In this document: piece after piece, positions 46,468 through 58,800 of the stretch
Layout of the letters: each line of letters begins with the position of its first letter
Numbering within the stretch: position 1 is the stretch's first letter
Origin: a virus
Taxonomy: Duplodnaviria; Caudoviricetes
Length of the DNA: 64,000 nucleotides
Virus record (IMG/VR): IMGVR_UViG_3300043466_002015
Span: 1,462 to 65,461 of that record
Reading direction: 5' to 3' (one strand)
Notes under the pieces: generated by a model
Told to the model about the DNA's origin: nothing
Seen by the model: the letters and a program-made list of their open reading frames with translations, nothing else
Database searches by the model: none
Position numbers and translations under genes: made by a program

Positions 46468-47483
46468 TATGCACCTCGCACTTCGCCACGCTTATTGATC
46501 CTCATATTTCGAACGCTGAAGCTGCCATCTGACGCAATGTCAGCCCATGCGAATCCGTGGTTCCAACGATTTACGCGAGCATATTCAGGAGTGAGATCAC
46601 AGAGGCAACCTACGCTCCACACGAATGTTTCAGCGTGAAATAAATCAGTGTCGGCATGACCTGATGTTTGGTGCGAGTGACCAACGAGAACCGTGTGATG
46701 CGTTCGCAAAAACGCTCCCCTTGCAGGGTTCACAGGGGAAAAAATAGATCGCCCTAGCTCATGTCCGTGTAGTACTGGTAACTTGCCCAACATGATCGGT
46801 CTCTGATCTCCGATCACCTCGATGCCATACTGCTTTGCCTTGACAAGCTCATCGATGCGAACATTTGTTAAGTCATAAATTTCTGGGGATCGATTCCACA
46901 CGAAATGGTCCCAGCGTTCTTCGTGATTCCCGAGTTTGTAGACTATTCTAGCCTTCGGGAACTCATGTCGCAGCCACTCCAGTCCAGCTATGACAAGCTT
47001 AAGCTCTTCACTAAAACGTCGATGATGTGGGTCTCGTTGATGGCGGCTTACTTGATAGAAGTCAGCAAAATCACCGTTGATCAGTAGACAATCGGGTGAC
47101 TGCTTCTTCAACTCTTTCACAGCAGCAGCAAAGGCTTTTTCGTCGTGATATGGAATATGCACGTCGCTGATTATTCCTACCCGCTTCGCCTTAATTTCAA
47201 ACGGCTCCCACGGTGTCGATAAGCTCGGCGGCATCTCTGGAACCTGACCAGCAGTTCCCTTCGCGCGTGGTTGAGTGGCGAACTTCTTCTTCGCTGTGCC
47301 GTGGGCACCTCGGATCGCTCTGATGGTGCTACGCGCGGTTTCGACGGTTGCGAAGCTGCTTGGTCGTTCCTTTTTAGCACGCTTAGCAAGACCGAGATTG
47401 GAGGCATCAGGGAACTTTCGGCAAAGCTCCTCCAAATAAGCACGGGCTGCTGTAATCCGCGGTCCAGGTCTTTTCTTAACCAT
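46467..47483 (-). CDS. Calcineurin-like metallophosphoesterase
   Basis: DVH, GDFAD, GNHE, HGH and GHSH motifs. Confidence 0.9.
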   Translation of the reverse strand: MVKKRPGPRITAARAYLEELCRKFPDASNLGLAKRAKKERPSSFATVETARSTIRAIRGAHGTAKKKFATQPRAKGTAGQVPEMPPSLSTPWEPFEIKAKRVGIISDVHIPYHDEKAFAAAVKELKKQSPDCLLINGDFADFYQVSRHQRDPHHRRFSEELKLVIAGLEWLRHEFPKARIVYKLGNHEERWDHFVWNRSPEIYDLTNVRIDELVKAKQYGIEVIGDQRPIMLGKLPVLHGHELGRSIFSPVNPARGAFLRTHHTVLVGHSHQTSGHADTDLFHAETFVWSVGCLCDLTPEYARVNRWNHGFAWADIASDGSFSVRNMRINKRGEVRGA

Positions 47484-47518
47484 CTCTACCCTTCCATGTT
47501 TGACTATGGTCGCGGCGA

Positions 47519-48667
47519 TCAGGATTGGTATGCAATATCCATTTTCATACTAGCAATCTCTCGCAAAATAGCATCGGCATCCCAGTAGCCGACCTTGTCT
47601 ACCGACTTCGTTCCGACCTCGAGTCTAAATCTTGGAACACCACTTCCTGGAACATCACCAGCAACAATGCTGACGTTTGCCTTCTCAAGCACTGGACGAT
47701 CCTTCTCATTCCATCGCTTGCACCAGGAGCAGAACTCGCTAGACACGACAATCAATCGCACAGAAGCCACAGGCTCTGGCTTGTTCTCCTCTTCACCGTT
47801 GCCGTCACCAAACGGAGACAGCCCAAACGGATCCTGGATCGCATTTGGAACAGCGTAGAACGTGTGAGACGGGTGGACGGTGGATAGATGCTGCTCCCAC
47901 GTCACCCAGAAGAACCCGCCTTCGCCCTGGCTTTTGCCGTGGCTTGAGTGCTCGCGGAACTCAAATCGTCCTTTGGTGCGATTGTACCTAACATGGTCAA
48001 GATGCTCAGAATGATTCCCTGGACCGCGATCACCAGCCAAAACGCCGTCTTTGTCGAACTGCCGCCAGTTGCGACCAACGTGAATAGCAATCACGACAGG
48101 ACATCCGACAATAAGCGCCGTAACCACTTCTTGCTCGCTCGGAGTTGCAAACCCCTCATGGGCTCTAAAACGAAGTGCCTCTTTGTCAGCTTTAGACGTA
48201 TCGTACATTTTACGATAAATCTGACCTTCCTTAACCGTCTTTCGAGTAGCAATACCTCGTTCGGTGATTGCACGGAGGTTGTCACCAAGCGTTCCACCTG
48301 CGTCTCGTCCTTCATTGCAGAGCGAATACAGATAGTCGTCGCTGAGTTCTACTCGGGGCTGTCCTCCTCGGTAACGAGCCTTCTCCACTGCGTATGTAGC
48401 CGCACTCGAAGCACACTTGCCCCATCCATTTTGGTTTTTCGTCCACGATGAGTCGAAGTGGGACATGCCGCCTACATTCTTCTGATACTCCTGCGACTCA
48501 GAAAAATCAATTAGTTCGGCGCGACTGGGTAGAGCACCAAGCAGTCTCCCAAGTGTAGTAAGCCGAGGCGGATCCAGGTCTGGAACAAGTCCTAGCGAAT
48601 ACTTGAATCCATCCGGTGTAATAACGGCTTCCTTGCCATCCTCGATGATGATTTCACAATCACTCAC
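47519..48667 (-). CDS. Papain-like (C1) cysteine peptidase with a C-terminal thioredoxin-like domain
   Basis: QNGWGKC, GNH and a divergent SSHG...G.GGF segment. C-terminal CSWC. Confidence 0.75.
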   Translation of the reverse strand: MSDCEIIIEDGKEAVITPDGFKYSLGLVPDLDPPRLTTLGRLLGALPSRAELIDFSESQEYQKNVGGMSHFDSSWTKNQNGWGKCASSAATYAVEKARYRGGQPRVELSDDYLYSLCNEGRDAGGTLGDNLRAITERGIATRKTVKEGQIYRKMYDTSKADKEALRFRAHEGFATPSEQEVVTALIVGCPVVIAIHVGRNWRQFDKDGVLAGDRGPGNHSEHLDHVRYNRTKGRFEFREHSSHGKSQGEGGFFWVTWEQHLSTVHPSHTFYAVPNAIQDPFGLSPFGDGNGEEENKPEPVASVRLIVVSSEFCSWCKRWNEKDRPVLEKANVSIVAGDVPGSGVPRFRLEVGTKSVDKVGYWDADAILREIASMKMDIAYQS

Positions 48668-49340
48668 CTGTCGCCTCCTTTACGATAGCTTTTAATTCGT
48701 CTAACGATGACGGTGCCTTGTAAACAGAATACTTAAGCGAATCCTGAATCAAGAACAGCGAAGGCAACTTGCCAGCTGCGTCAATGAACGGTTTTGCCTT
48801 AGCTGAATCCTGGTCGTCATCGTAAGCCGACATCTTGATACCTCGAGATTCGAGATAGCGACGTGTCTCGCTTGACAACCGTGTATTCGTCTGGGGCACT
48901 TGATTGATTGAATCAGCCTGCTCATAAACCCAAACTGCCCAATGCACCTTCAGCTTAGGCTTAAGGTTTGAATCAGGCTCTGGCTTTGGCTGTGGCTTAG
49001 GTGGCTCAGGAGCAGGACTTCCCCCATCCACAATCTTGATGATCGTTGACTCGCCTGTAGTGAGGAAGTAGTCACCAGGAGGGGCAACAAAGATCGTGAA
49101 CAAACCAGACCGCTCAAAGTGATCTTCTGGAAGATAGGACCAAGCGACTGCACCTTGATCGACCTTCGCGAAAATGGCTTGAATCTTCACCCCTTCTGGA
49201 TGGTTGATTCGTATTGGGCGATCTCTCTTGACCACCGAAGGAGACTGGACGAATGTCTTCTCGGTAAGCGTCTCTTGCGGAATGACCACCGCCAGAGATG
49301 CGAGTACCATGCATATCGAAATGATAGAAGGTTTAATCAC
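48660..49340 (-). CDS. Exported protein with a Pro-rich linker
   Basis: N-terminal hydrophobic signal and a PEPPKPQPKPEP linker. Confidence 0.6.
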   Translation of the reverse strand: MIKPSIISICMVLASLAVVIPQETLTEKTFVQSPSVVKRDRPIRINHPEGVKIQAIFAKVDQGAVAWSYLPEDHFERSGLFTIFVAPPGDYFLTTGESTIIKIVDGGSPAPEPPKPQPKPEPDSNLKPKLKVHWAVWVYEQADSINQVPQTNTRLSSETRRYLESRGIKMSAYDDDQDSAKAKPFIDAAGKLPSLFLIQDSLKYSVYKAPSSLDELKAIVKEATGE

Positions 49341-49375
49341 CGCACGTCTCCTATTCTTTTGCCAATTACCAATGA

Positions 49376-49813
49376 CTACGAGACAGCTTCACCGAGCGTG
49401 ATTTCGTTTTTGCTGCTGCCGTCACAAATCTGACTGTCGCGAATGATGTCGATGATCTCTTTAACAATCGCGATTACCTCTTGCAGATCAAGGCATTTGA
49501 GAATGTCAGAAAAGCTGCACTCTCCATCTGGGCATTTATCGCAATTATTGAACAAGGCAGCAATTCGTTTTCCAACGGCAAACACGCGATCCATTGGGAA
49601 GCATCGCAGGAAGCGGAACAGATCGAAGATGCCAATCGACACAGATGGCGACTTCAATTGCGAAGACAGCTCTTCAGCAGCATCGAGGGGCTCTCGGCAT
49701 GCTCCGTCTGGGCAATCCTCATGGGCAGCAACCGTACGGAGAAGCAGGGTTAGCAACTGGACAATCAACATAATCGCTTGCGACATAAAACACTCCTTGG
49801 GAAAGACAAACAT
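49376..49813 (-). CDS. Hypothetical protein with duplicated CPDGxC motifs
   Basis: CPDGAC and CPDGEC. Confidence 0.6.
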   Translation of the reverse strand: MFVFPKECFMSQAIMLIVQLLTLLLRTVAAHEDCPDGACREPLDAAEELSSQLKSPSVSIGIFDLFRFLRCFPMDRVFAVGKRIAALFNNCDKCPDGECSFSDILKCLDLQEVIAIVKEIIDIIRDSQICDGSSKNEITLGEAVS

Positions 49814-49857
49814 CTCAACAACACAAACATTTCGAAACTATTGTACTGGGTCAATCG

Positions 49858-52800
49858 TTAATTGCCACTCAAAGTTTTTCTAAGTTGTCGAAGTCTGTTG
49901 GTAATTCCTTCCTTTAGTGTCGACACCCCATTCTTCGTTTCATACGGCGAACCGTAGTTTCGTTTCCAATAATCAATCAAAAGCTTGCGTGACTCCTCAT
50001 AACTTAGCCCCGACTTCTTAAACTCCACCAGGAATTTGTCTCGTTTTTCCACCGCTTCTTTGTAGCTATCGTCGCTCTTGTAGTTCTTTCGCACTGGATT
50101 CACAAAAGCTTCATATACAACTGTTTGCTTTTTGTGATCGCGTTGGCTTTTTACTTTTTCCATTTGATCCGTTGTAAGAAGATCTTTGTACGGTGGATCT
50201 GGGGAGTCCCATTCCATACGCTTCAAATCGGTTTCAAACTGCTTCAGCCGATCGGTTTCATTTGCCTTTTTGTACTTCGTTTCATCACCGTGCGTCGAGA
50301 CAGACACCCCGAAGAACGCTTCAAGTGCTGCTAGCGTACCCCTCTTGAGTCCCAACTCGCTTTCGGCTGCATATATTTCTCGCCATGTCAACGGCGTGAG
50401 TCGAGATTTGACGATATCAGTTTTGGTCATGACGTTACCCACCGCATCTCTGCCCGATATCCACTCTAGGATGGCAGATGGTGCCGTCCCAAGCTTGTAC
50501 CTGCCGTAGTTGATGACGAAGTCAGCTGCTGTCTTCCCGCCGTAATCAACATCCGCACCGTAAATTGACTTGATCTCGCCCTTTCCGGTTTTTATCTCTC
50601 CAGTGAGCAGCCTTGCTGCCAGGACAACGGCTGGCATCAAGCCCCCCTCATCCTTAAACCGAGTCTCACCAATCTTCAACGCCAAGGCATCGCTTGATCG
50701 CAAATCAAACTCCATCGTGGGCTTCTCTTCCTCATCGTCACCAGCGAGAACAGAGTAAGCAAAGTATGCGGCCGCCATTTTTGCCGCATGACCAACCATG
50801 GCTTGTATGTAAAGCTTAGCCAAAGCGACACGCATCCCGCGATCAGCATTCCACTGACCTATCCATTGAGGCGTAGCCAGCTGGAAAGGAACGATAAAGT
50901 CGGCTTGAATCCTAGACCATGTCCATCTTCGAGCTAGGAACAACCAGTCCAACCATGGGTTCCCACCTTTCAACCCAGTACCTCGACCACTGAAGATATT
51001 CACAGTGCGACCAACTTGCTTGATATCGTTGTCGGTCCAGTCGGTGTTTGTTCCAAAAAACTCTCTCGCTGCCAGCGTGTCACGCTTTTGGATGTCGTAC
51101 ATGTCAGCCTTCATGATGTTCGAGAACGTGCGATTGCCTCGCTCGAACATTGCGTAAGCCTTTGCCCATGTTCTGAGTGGAAGCAACAGCTTTGTTTCCG
51201 TCCGCTCAAGCCACTGCATAATGGACGACTGATACATTTCCTCCAGTTTTGCCTTTGGACCTGTTGCACTAGTGAAATCAACACCAGCCAAGTGATACTC
51301 TTGTGCGTTTGCCCTGCTCTCTATGTTCTCCATTGATGCCAAAGCCAGCCGCTGGCTAAACACAGCTGGCATGGATTCAACCAAGGCACTGAAAGCCTTC
51401 ATGGGCTGCGAATACGTGTAGAAAAATCCTTGTCGCAGCACAAACGACATTTCCATCCCCAGCATTAGCGTCTTTGGTATCAACGACGTAGCCTCAAGTA
51501 CTCCTTGACCTATCCACTGACCTGCGTTCCAGGTAGCACGATTGGCTTTTTCTATCGCAATCATCGCTTCATACTGAGCCTCCTCGATCTCCATGTTCTT
51601 TTGGATGATCGATTTCTCGGTGATCGTTCGTTTCTGCAACGGAACAGGAAGACGACCAGCTTGCGCTTCATCACGACGCTTCATCCAGAACGCAAGTCGC
51701 TTTTCCTGAGACTTGCGATATCGCTCCCAGTACTTAGCTTCTTCTCTGGCTTGATACGCTGGGCTAGCCTGTCTGGCTTGCTTTTGAGAAGCTCTCAACG
51801 AAGCCAATTCAGACTTGAGTTCTTCCTTGCGTTCAGACGTTAATTCGGCACTCTTGCCAGCAGCCACCCACGTTCCATCAATGAGCGATTGCACGTCAGC
51901 CTTCACAGCATCTATTTGACGACGGAGCAACTTGACAGATGCCTCGATCTTCTGCTCATCGGTAAGTTGCTTTCGACCCTTCTTTGGAGATGTGTCTGGA
52001 AAGATTTTTTCGTATTGGGCCTTAAGTTCGTCTCGCTGCCTACGCTTCTCCTCCAGTTGGCTTCGGAGACTGGCAAGCTCGGCATCGGGCTCGAGCCGTG
52101 ACTTCTCTGCAACGGGCTTAGCCAATTCCTTTCGGTTATCTACCGCCTCTTGTAACGAAGCAATGTCCTTATCCAGCATCTCAAGCCTATTGCTTGCTGC
52201 TGTCTTTGCTGTTGTCAGTGCAGACTTCAGTTGTCCTTCTCGAGATTCAGCGGGAACTGGCAACGTCTTCTTGAGCTTGTTGAACTCAGCAATCAGATCA
52301 CGCTCGATGCTGTCGGGAGTTGCTCGCTCTTGCCCAGTTGCTTTCGGAAGCAAGCCTTGATCTCGAAGACGTGTAGCCACCTCTTCTGGACTGACGCCAC
52401 TTTTAAGCCATGCATTACTCTGCGAGATAGCCTTCAGTGCATCCTCAATCTTGAGCGACTGGCGAGCTTTTCCGCGAACCGCTCTGATGATCACCTCGAC
52501 CTGCTCAGGTGGCAGTTCTCGCCATACACCGTAGTCAGAGATAGCCTGCATGGTGTCGTATTTATCAATCCCTGGCACCTCGAGTGACAACTGGTCATGA
52601 ACCACGTCGACAACATCCATCCAGTTTTCTTTTTCAGCTCCATAACCCAGTTCGATAGCCGACCTCATAAGCTCTTTAGCTCTTGCCGCAATATCTGCCC
52701 TTTGTGGATTTGCTCCAATCGGAGAAGTTACCTTATCCTTCTTGTTGCTGTCTTCCCATGCGTCTCTGATCACCTGCATTTGCTCAGGCGTGACATCTGG

Positions 52801-55800
52801 CATGTTTGCGTTAACTTGAGACTCGAGTTCTAGCATCGAGCTAACTCCCGCCTCTCGCAAGGTCGCGACTAGGCTAGCAGCTGCTGACTTGATGTCAGGC
52901 TCTTGGCGCCCGGGGGAGTAGCGAATGTCTGGATTGCTTGGGTCGAACGTGCCGCGATTGCCGGTGGCGGACTTGATTTGTGTGGGCTCAAACACTGCGT
53001 AAGTCGTAATGTCATTAAGTGCATCTTTCCAGATAATACCATCGTATCCGTCAGCGGCAGACTGACCGATTAACTCGTTCTCTTGATCAACTTCACCCAA
53101 GACGCTTTTTTTATCTTGAGCATTCAGTATCAACGGGTTCTTCAATGAAAGATACACTGGGTAAACAGCGTTCTGTTTACCTCTAGAATGCTTTGCTTCA
53201 TCAGGGTCACTAGAGAAAAACGCAGCATTCGACTCCCCCCATCCCCACGTTTTGAAATTATTGATATTTGCATTTGGACTGCCGTGGTAAACCACTAGCG
53301 GATCCCCGTCATCTCCAACTACCTTGCTGTCGCCAAACCACTTCTTGAAAGCAGATGTTTCGGTCTGCCGACCAACAGCAGCGCGATCGAAAGTACTTGC
53401 TTGCTGTGAGTCCTCCCACACATTGATGGCGTACTCAAGCGGATCCAACAATGCCTTGGATGTCTCCAGCAGGTTTTTGACATCGGACCCCATGTCTGGA
53501 TTGTTGGCGACATACTTAGGCAGATATTTTGCAAACGCTTTAGCGAGCGACTTGTAGTCTGCTGGATCGCTAAAGGCGTCTCGATTGAAACCAACCCCAG
53601 ATTCTTTGGAGATTTGCTCGAGCATCATGCTGGTGGACTTAGTTCGGTCTTCGAAAAGAACACGCACTCCGTCACCCCAGTTTATTTCTTGCAAGCCACT
53701 CTGAGTTGCCCACGTATCGAGCATCTTCATTAGCTTGCTACCTGGGCTGAACGGATTTTCGTCTCCAAAAGCAGACCCAAGAACTTCCATATCTTTGTCG
53801 CTGATGTTTGAGTCTGGAAGCCCTTTCATCATCAGCGGCATGTACGCTCGCAACCACTCGTTTCTAGACACAGACGAAGGATTTGGAAGATCTTCCGATC
53901 CGAAACCAAAGCCGTATATGCCTTCCATCGGGTCTTGTCGACCAACAGCTGCGCGATCGGAACCCTTACCGCCCCATGCATTCTGAAATGCCGCGAACCC
54001 ATCAGCCACCTTCTTCAACAACGTAGCTCGCTTCGTCCCGATCTTTTCTTGAGGTGGATTTTGCTTTGGAGGCAAATCCGCTTCAGCTTTCTTCCTGGCA
54101 ATGGTTTCCTTAGCAAGCTTCTTGGCAAGATCCACCTTGTCCTTTTCTAGCTTCTCGATGCGATTGGCAAGCTCGGAGTACTCCTGCATCTGCGCATCAG
54201 TAGGATCGCTACCTACAACGCTAAAATGCTCATTGACGAGTCCAGCCAACGAGTAGTCGCTAAATCGTTCCGCCTTACGACTAACCAAAGCACGACCAGC
54301 TTCAGTGCCGCCAATGTTCGCTGCCTTTATCGTTCTCCGCAGCTCATCAAAAACATCCTTGCCAGCTCTTCGTTGGTTATCGAGATACGCAATGTGTTGC
54401 CCGATAGCCGCACTTTCTATCTTGCCAAGTTGTTCTGGATCTTTCTCAACCTCTGCTACGAGTTGCAAGCGGTCCTTCGCGGTTGGATATCGGCGACGAG
54501 CCTCCTCTTCCCACATCTCAAAAGATTCTCTAGCTGGACGCACTCTTGGCGGCAATCCAGACTCTGCTCGCAACTCGTCCGTCTTGCGATTCTTAATGCT
54601 AGTTGTTCTGTCGCCTGCTACTTGCGGCTTGATGACACCCTTCTCTTCCAGCTGCTTGTACAAAGCGGCGAGGATGTCGTCCTTTGGTTTTCGCCTTGGT
54701 GAGTAGCGAACGTCAGGCAGCGTCTCGTCAAATCGCTTGCTTAACGGGACGACATTTCCAGAGTCATCGTAAGTTACAGCATCAGATGATTTGATTTGTG
54801 ATGGGGTAAATGCAACGTAAGCGTCGAAGTCAGACGTTCCGTCAGTATCTTTGATAATTACCCCGTCGTAGCCCATCTTTTGAATTGCCTTGACGAGAGT
54901 TCCATCGGGATCCTCTTCCTTGTCAAACAACTCCCACGAAGCGCCCTTGCGATCAAGCCATCTCGAGTTGACACCTTTAGAAACCAACGTGTTAAACTGA
55001 GCGTCAGTTATGCCGTTTCTCCAATCCAGCAGCTCACCAAATACACGGAACTTACGTACGCTTCCGCCTTTTCTTCCTCCCTGCTCTCGATATCGAGACG
55101 CCGCCTCTTCGTCGGTCGTAAAAAACGCGGCGTTCCTGCTTACCTCGTACGAACCGAATACAGTGCTGTTGAATCCCTTGCTAGGAATTTGAAACTCGTA
55201 GAAGTTGGAGTGCGGGCTACCGTGGTACAAAACTGGTGACACTCCACCAGCAAATTCGCCAGCACCTGCAGCCGCTGCATCAACCATACGCTGTGCCTTC
55301 GCCATGTCGCCCTGGTCTACTGCGGCAAGATACTTGGCGTCATTATTGCGACCTGAGGAGTAACGATAGTCATCTCGTCGTCCCAGCACAGGATTCTTAG
55401 CCAATACCATACCGCCAACTTGCACCACTTCTTCTGCTGATACCACTGGAGTCTGCGTATCTTTATCATAGAAGTAAGTGTGGCGTACTGGATTCATCCC
55501 AATTTCAACCCACCGATCCTTGTTAGTCTCTGCAAGCTTGTAGGCTTGCTGCGAAGTCATCGGCACATACTCGCCTCGCATGGTAGCGATTGTGGACTTG
55601 GGCTTGCCAGCGGCGATATTTAGAGCGGCGTTTTCAGTGACCCCGAAAGTAACATTTCTCAATACAGATGTCGGAGTATAGGCGACAACTCGACCGGCGC
55701 TTCCCTTGTTCAGGTCTGGGCGAGGTTCATGCAAAGAAACCACCCAGACGTTTTCTTCATCGTAGGCAGGAATATCCAGTCGGGTTTCAAGCAATCTTCC

Positions 55801-58800
55801 TTTGGCGATGTCTTCAGAATTTTGAATTAGATCTCTCTTTAGTCGCTCGCCAGCTTTGCGATCGCCCAATCCGCGAAGCATATCTTTCTTGCTTGCTGGA
55901 ATCGGCACCTCGTCAAACTTGCGGAGAGGCATTCGCATATCCACGATCCTCTGATACTGATCACGATCGATCAAACCAGCTTTCAGATCCTGTGCGGCTT
56001 TCGTGACCTCGGGATCACGCTTTCTCTTTCCTTGACGACCTGGGGAGTAGCGAACACCTTCATCGCCCATCTCCTCCATGTCTGCGGCACGACCCTCAGT
56101 CCAGGTCCACTCGGGCATTAGTCCCGTTTTTTGATCAGCGAAGACCGTGTCCAAGACTTTAGCAGTGCGGTTTTTCTCGGCGTAAGGACCGTAGTTAAGC
56201 CAAGAGTTTTGTCCGCGAGTTTCGCTGGTGATTGCTCCCACAGCCGGGCCCGTAAATAAACGTACGTGCGCTTGCCACGCATTTTCTTCTCCACGAGCAC
56301 GGAAGCTAGCGCCCTCTAAGCCGTGCCCGAAAGAATCGTGAACAGCTCGGAATAGATCATTAGCAGTGACTGGACGTTCTACTCCGTTTTGATCATTCCA
56401 CTTGAGCCCTGTGTCGGCAAGCATCGGATTGTCATCAACAGCGCCCTTCGTGATGCCTTCGGTGCCATAACCGTCATAGGTTCCGTACACCGCCATCGTC
56501 TTGTTCTGGCGTAGGTCACGCATGGCAGCCACTGGGTTGCCATCGTACGGATCGGCCGCACCATCATAGAACGTGAAGGTGTATCCAGCCTCAACCAGTG
56601 CATCATACTGAGCCTTGGTTTGACGAATTAGATCAGCATACGCTTCTTTGACTGCGGGATCGTCAGGCGCGTGAGGCATGTCCTCATACGCCTGAGCAAT
56701 GCGCTTAGCTCTCGCCTCATCAACCTGGACGTATTCGGCTTGACGCTTGAGGTCGATCCCATTATCGCGAGCGTACTGCTCCGCAACATCAACTAGCCTT
56801 GGGTCTGGCCCCGTCGCCCCTTGCTTAATTGGAGCACCTTCAAGCGGCGAATAGCGCCCGCCCGAAGATCGTCCTCTTCCGTCACGATCTCCCGTTGATT
56901 CGGATCGTCGTCCAACTGCTGCTCGCTCTGATCCTGCGGCAGACCCGACAGGATCTCGTCCATTTCTCTTGCCTCTTTTTCGGACACCTTCCTCCCGAAC
57001 GCCCTCTCCAGGCTCGCTGTAAACAGGTCTTGCCCAGGTTGGGTCGTTGATGCCGCCAGCTGCTTCGAAGACTCGTCTTCTTGTTTCGTCAATTGTGAAT
57101 TCGCCATTTTGATACCCCTTCCAAATGCCGTCGATCTTCGCGACGTTCTTTTTGTCGCTCTTGAAAACATCTGTAAATAGCCCACGAACCGGATCCCAGG
57201 TCGCACTCTGAACTTGCCTAGGCAGCAAACTATTTTCTTTTGCAGATAAATTATAAGCTTCAGCGAATGCATAGTATAGACCCTTAATTCCAAAGGGCCC
57301 AGAATTAGCAACTCCACCTGATCCAAAATTCTGGCTTACCTGGGGAGATGCCCCCGACAGAGGCATCAGAAGAGCTGCCGCGATCGCATGAGTGTCCATC
57401 GTCACGTCGCCATCAACGCTCATTGGATCGATGATATTGTTATAGAAGTTCCTGATTTTGTGCATCACTCCAAGGCTTCTTGTGATGTTTTCTGGACTTC
57501 CATCATTTCGAATCGAAACAGCTTTTCCTATCTCGCTAAAGGAACCCCAAGCCACTCTGGATTTTGACCCGTCCGCATTCCTGGCCACATCGATAACGCT
57601 TCCATCAGGAGCAATGACGTTATAGTCCTTGGTAGTGTTGATTTCATGGTAAAGCCTTACCATGTATGGCTGTACGTCCTGTGGCACGTCACTAAGTTTA
57701 CTTCCGATATAACCTTCAAGCATTGATATTACTTTATCAGCCTTGATAATTGCTTTCGAAAGATCACTCTTGGAGGTGTCAAGTGCTGTTTTGTTTTTCT
57801 TTGTTCTTGACTTCTTATACGCTTTCTCCTCCTTCCTTACTTTGGCTTCAACTATATTGATGCCAGCTACACGCACTACTTCTTTCTGATAGTTGACCAT
57901 GTCTTGAGTCATAGAAGGATTGACTTCAAAAGCATCCAGCAACAGCTCAGAGATTCGTACATTTTGATACCAATCTTTTTGCGGAGACATGGCAGCTATA
58001 ATTCCAGCTGCTTGCTCTGGCGAAACCTTAAACCGACCGGCTAGCTCATTGGCTATTGCGTTTGCTCCGTCATACCAAAGAGTCGATAGGTTTTTTAACT
58101 CGGGCTTATACTCGGAAAGAATGTAATTTAAGTTGTCAGCAGACTCTCTAACAAACACATCGTATACTTCTTGAGCCTGCTCTACGCTGATTACTTTTTT
58201 AAACGCCTTCTTTCCAGCAACTATTGGATATGCAGCAATGATATTGGAGTTTTTAATGAATACCTGAGGAGCTTTTTTCTTAACGTACTCCAACGACAGA
58301 TCTTCTGTTTCTTCAAAAACATCCTTGCCTTTTACCTTCTTTGCAGAAAGCCCCTTCGAGACACGCTTTCCAGGCCTATCTTTCGCTCTAACCTCCTCAA
58401 TCTTGATGTTATCAGGAGAAAACTCGCTCCTGCCCACCGATGCACGCTGCCCTTGATCACTTCTTGGTGCGATATTGTTTTCCTTCATCGCAGACTCAAT
58501 AGCCAATCGCACTTGACCAGCCAGCGTATCGGGCTCAGCAAATCGCAATGCCTTACGTACCCAGCGTCCGATCTTCGCCAACAAGGTAGGCTTGTCGCGT
58601 CCGAGTTCGTCCCAGAAATTAAAGTCTCCAGCCTTTTCTTCTAAATACCTTGAGAGACCTTCTTCGTTTCTCAAATCCTCGTCGCTAAGCACCTTAATAG
58701 TGTAATCAGCAGCGAACCTTGTGCCGTCGCTGATTGTAACACCAGCAGCTTGTGCTGCCTCTATAGCGGACCTCACATGATCTGCCGCAAAAAGCCTGCC

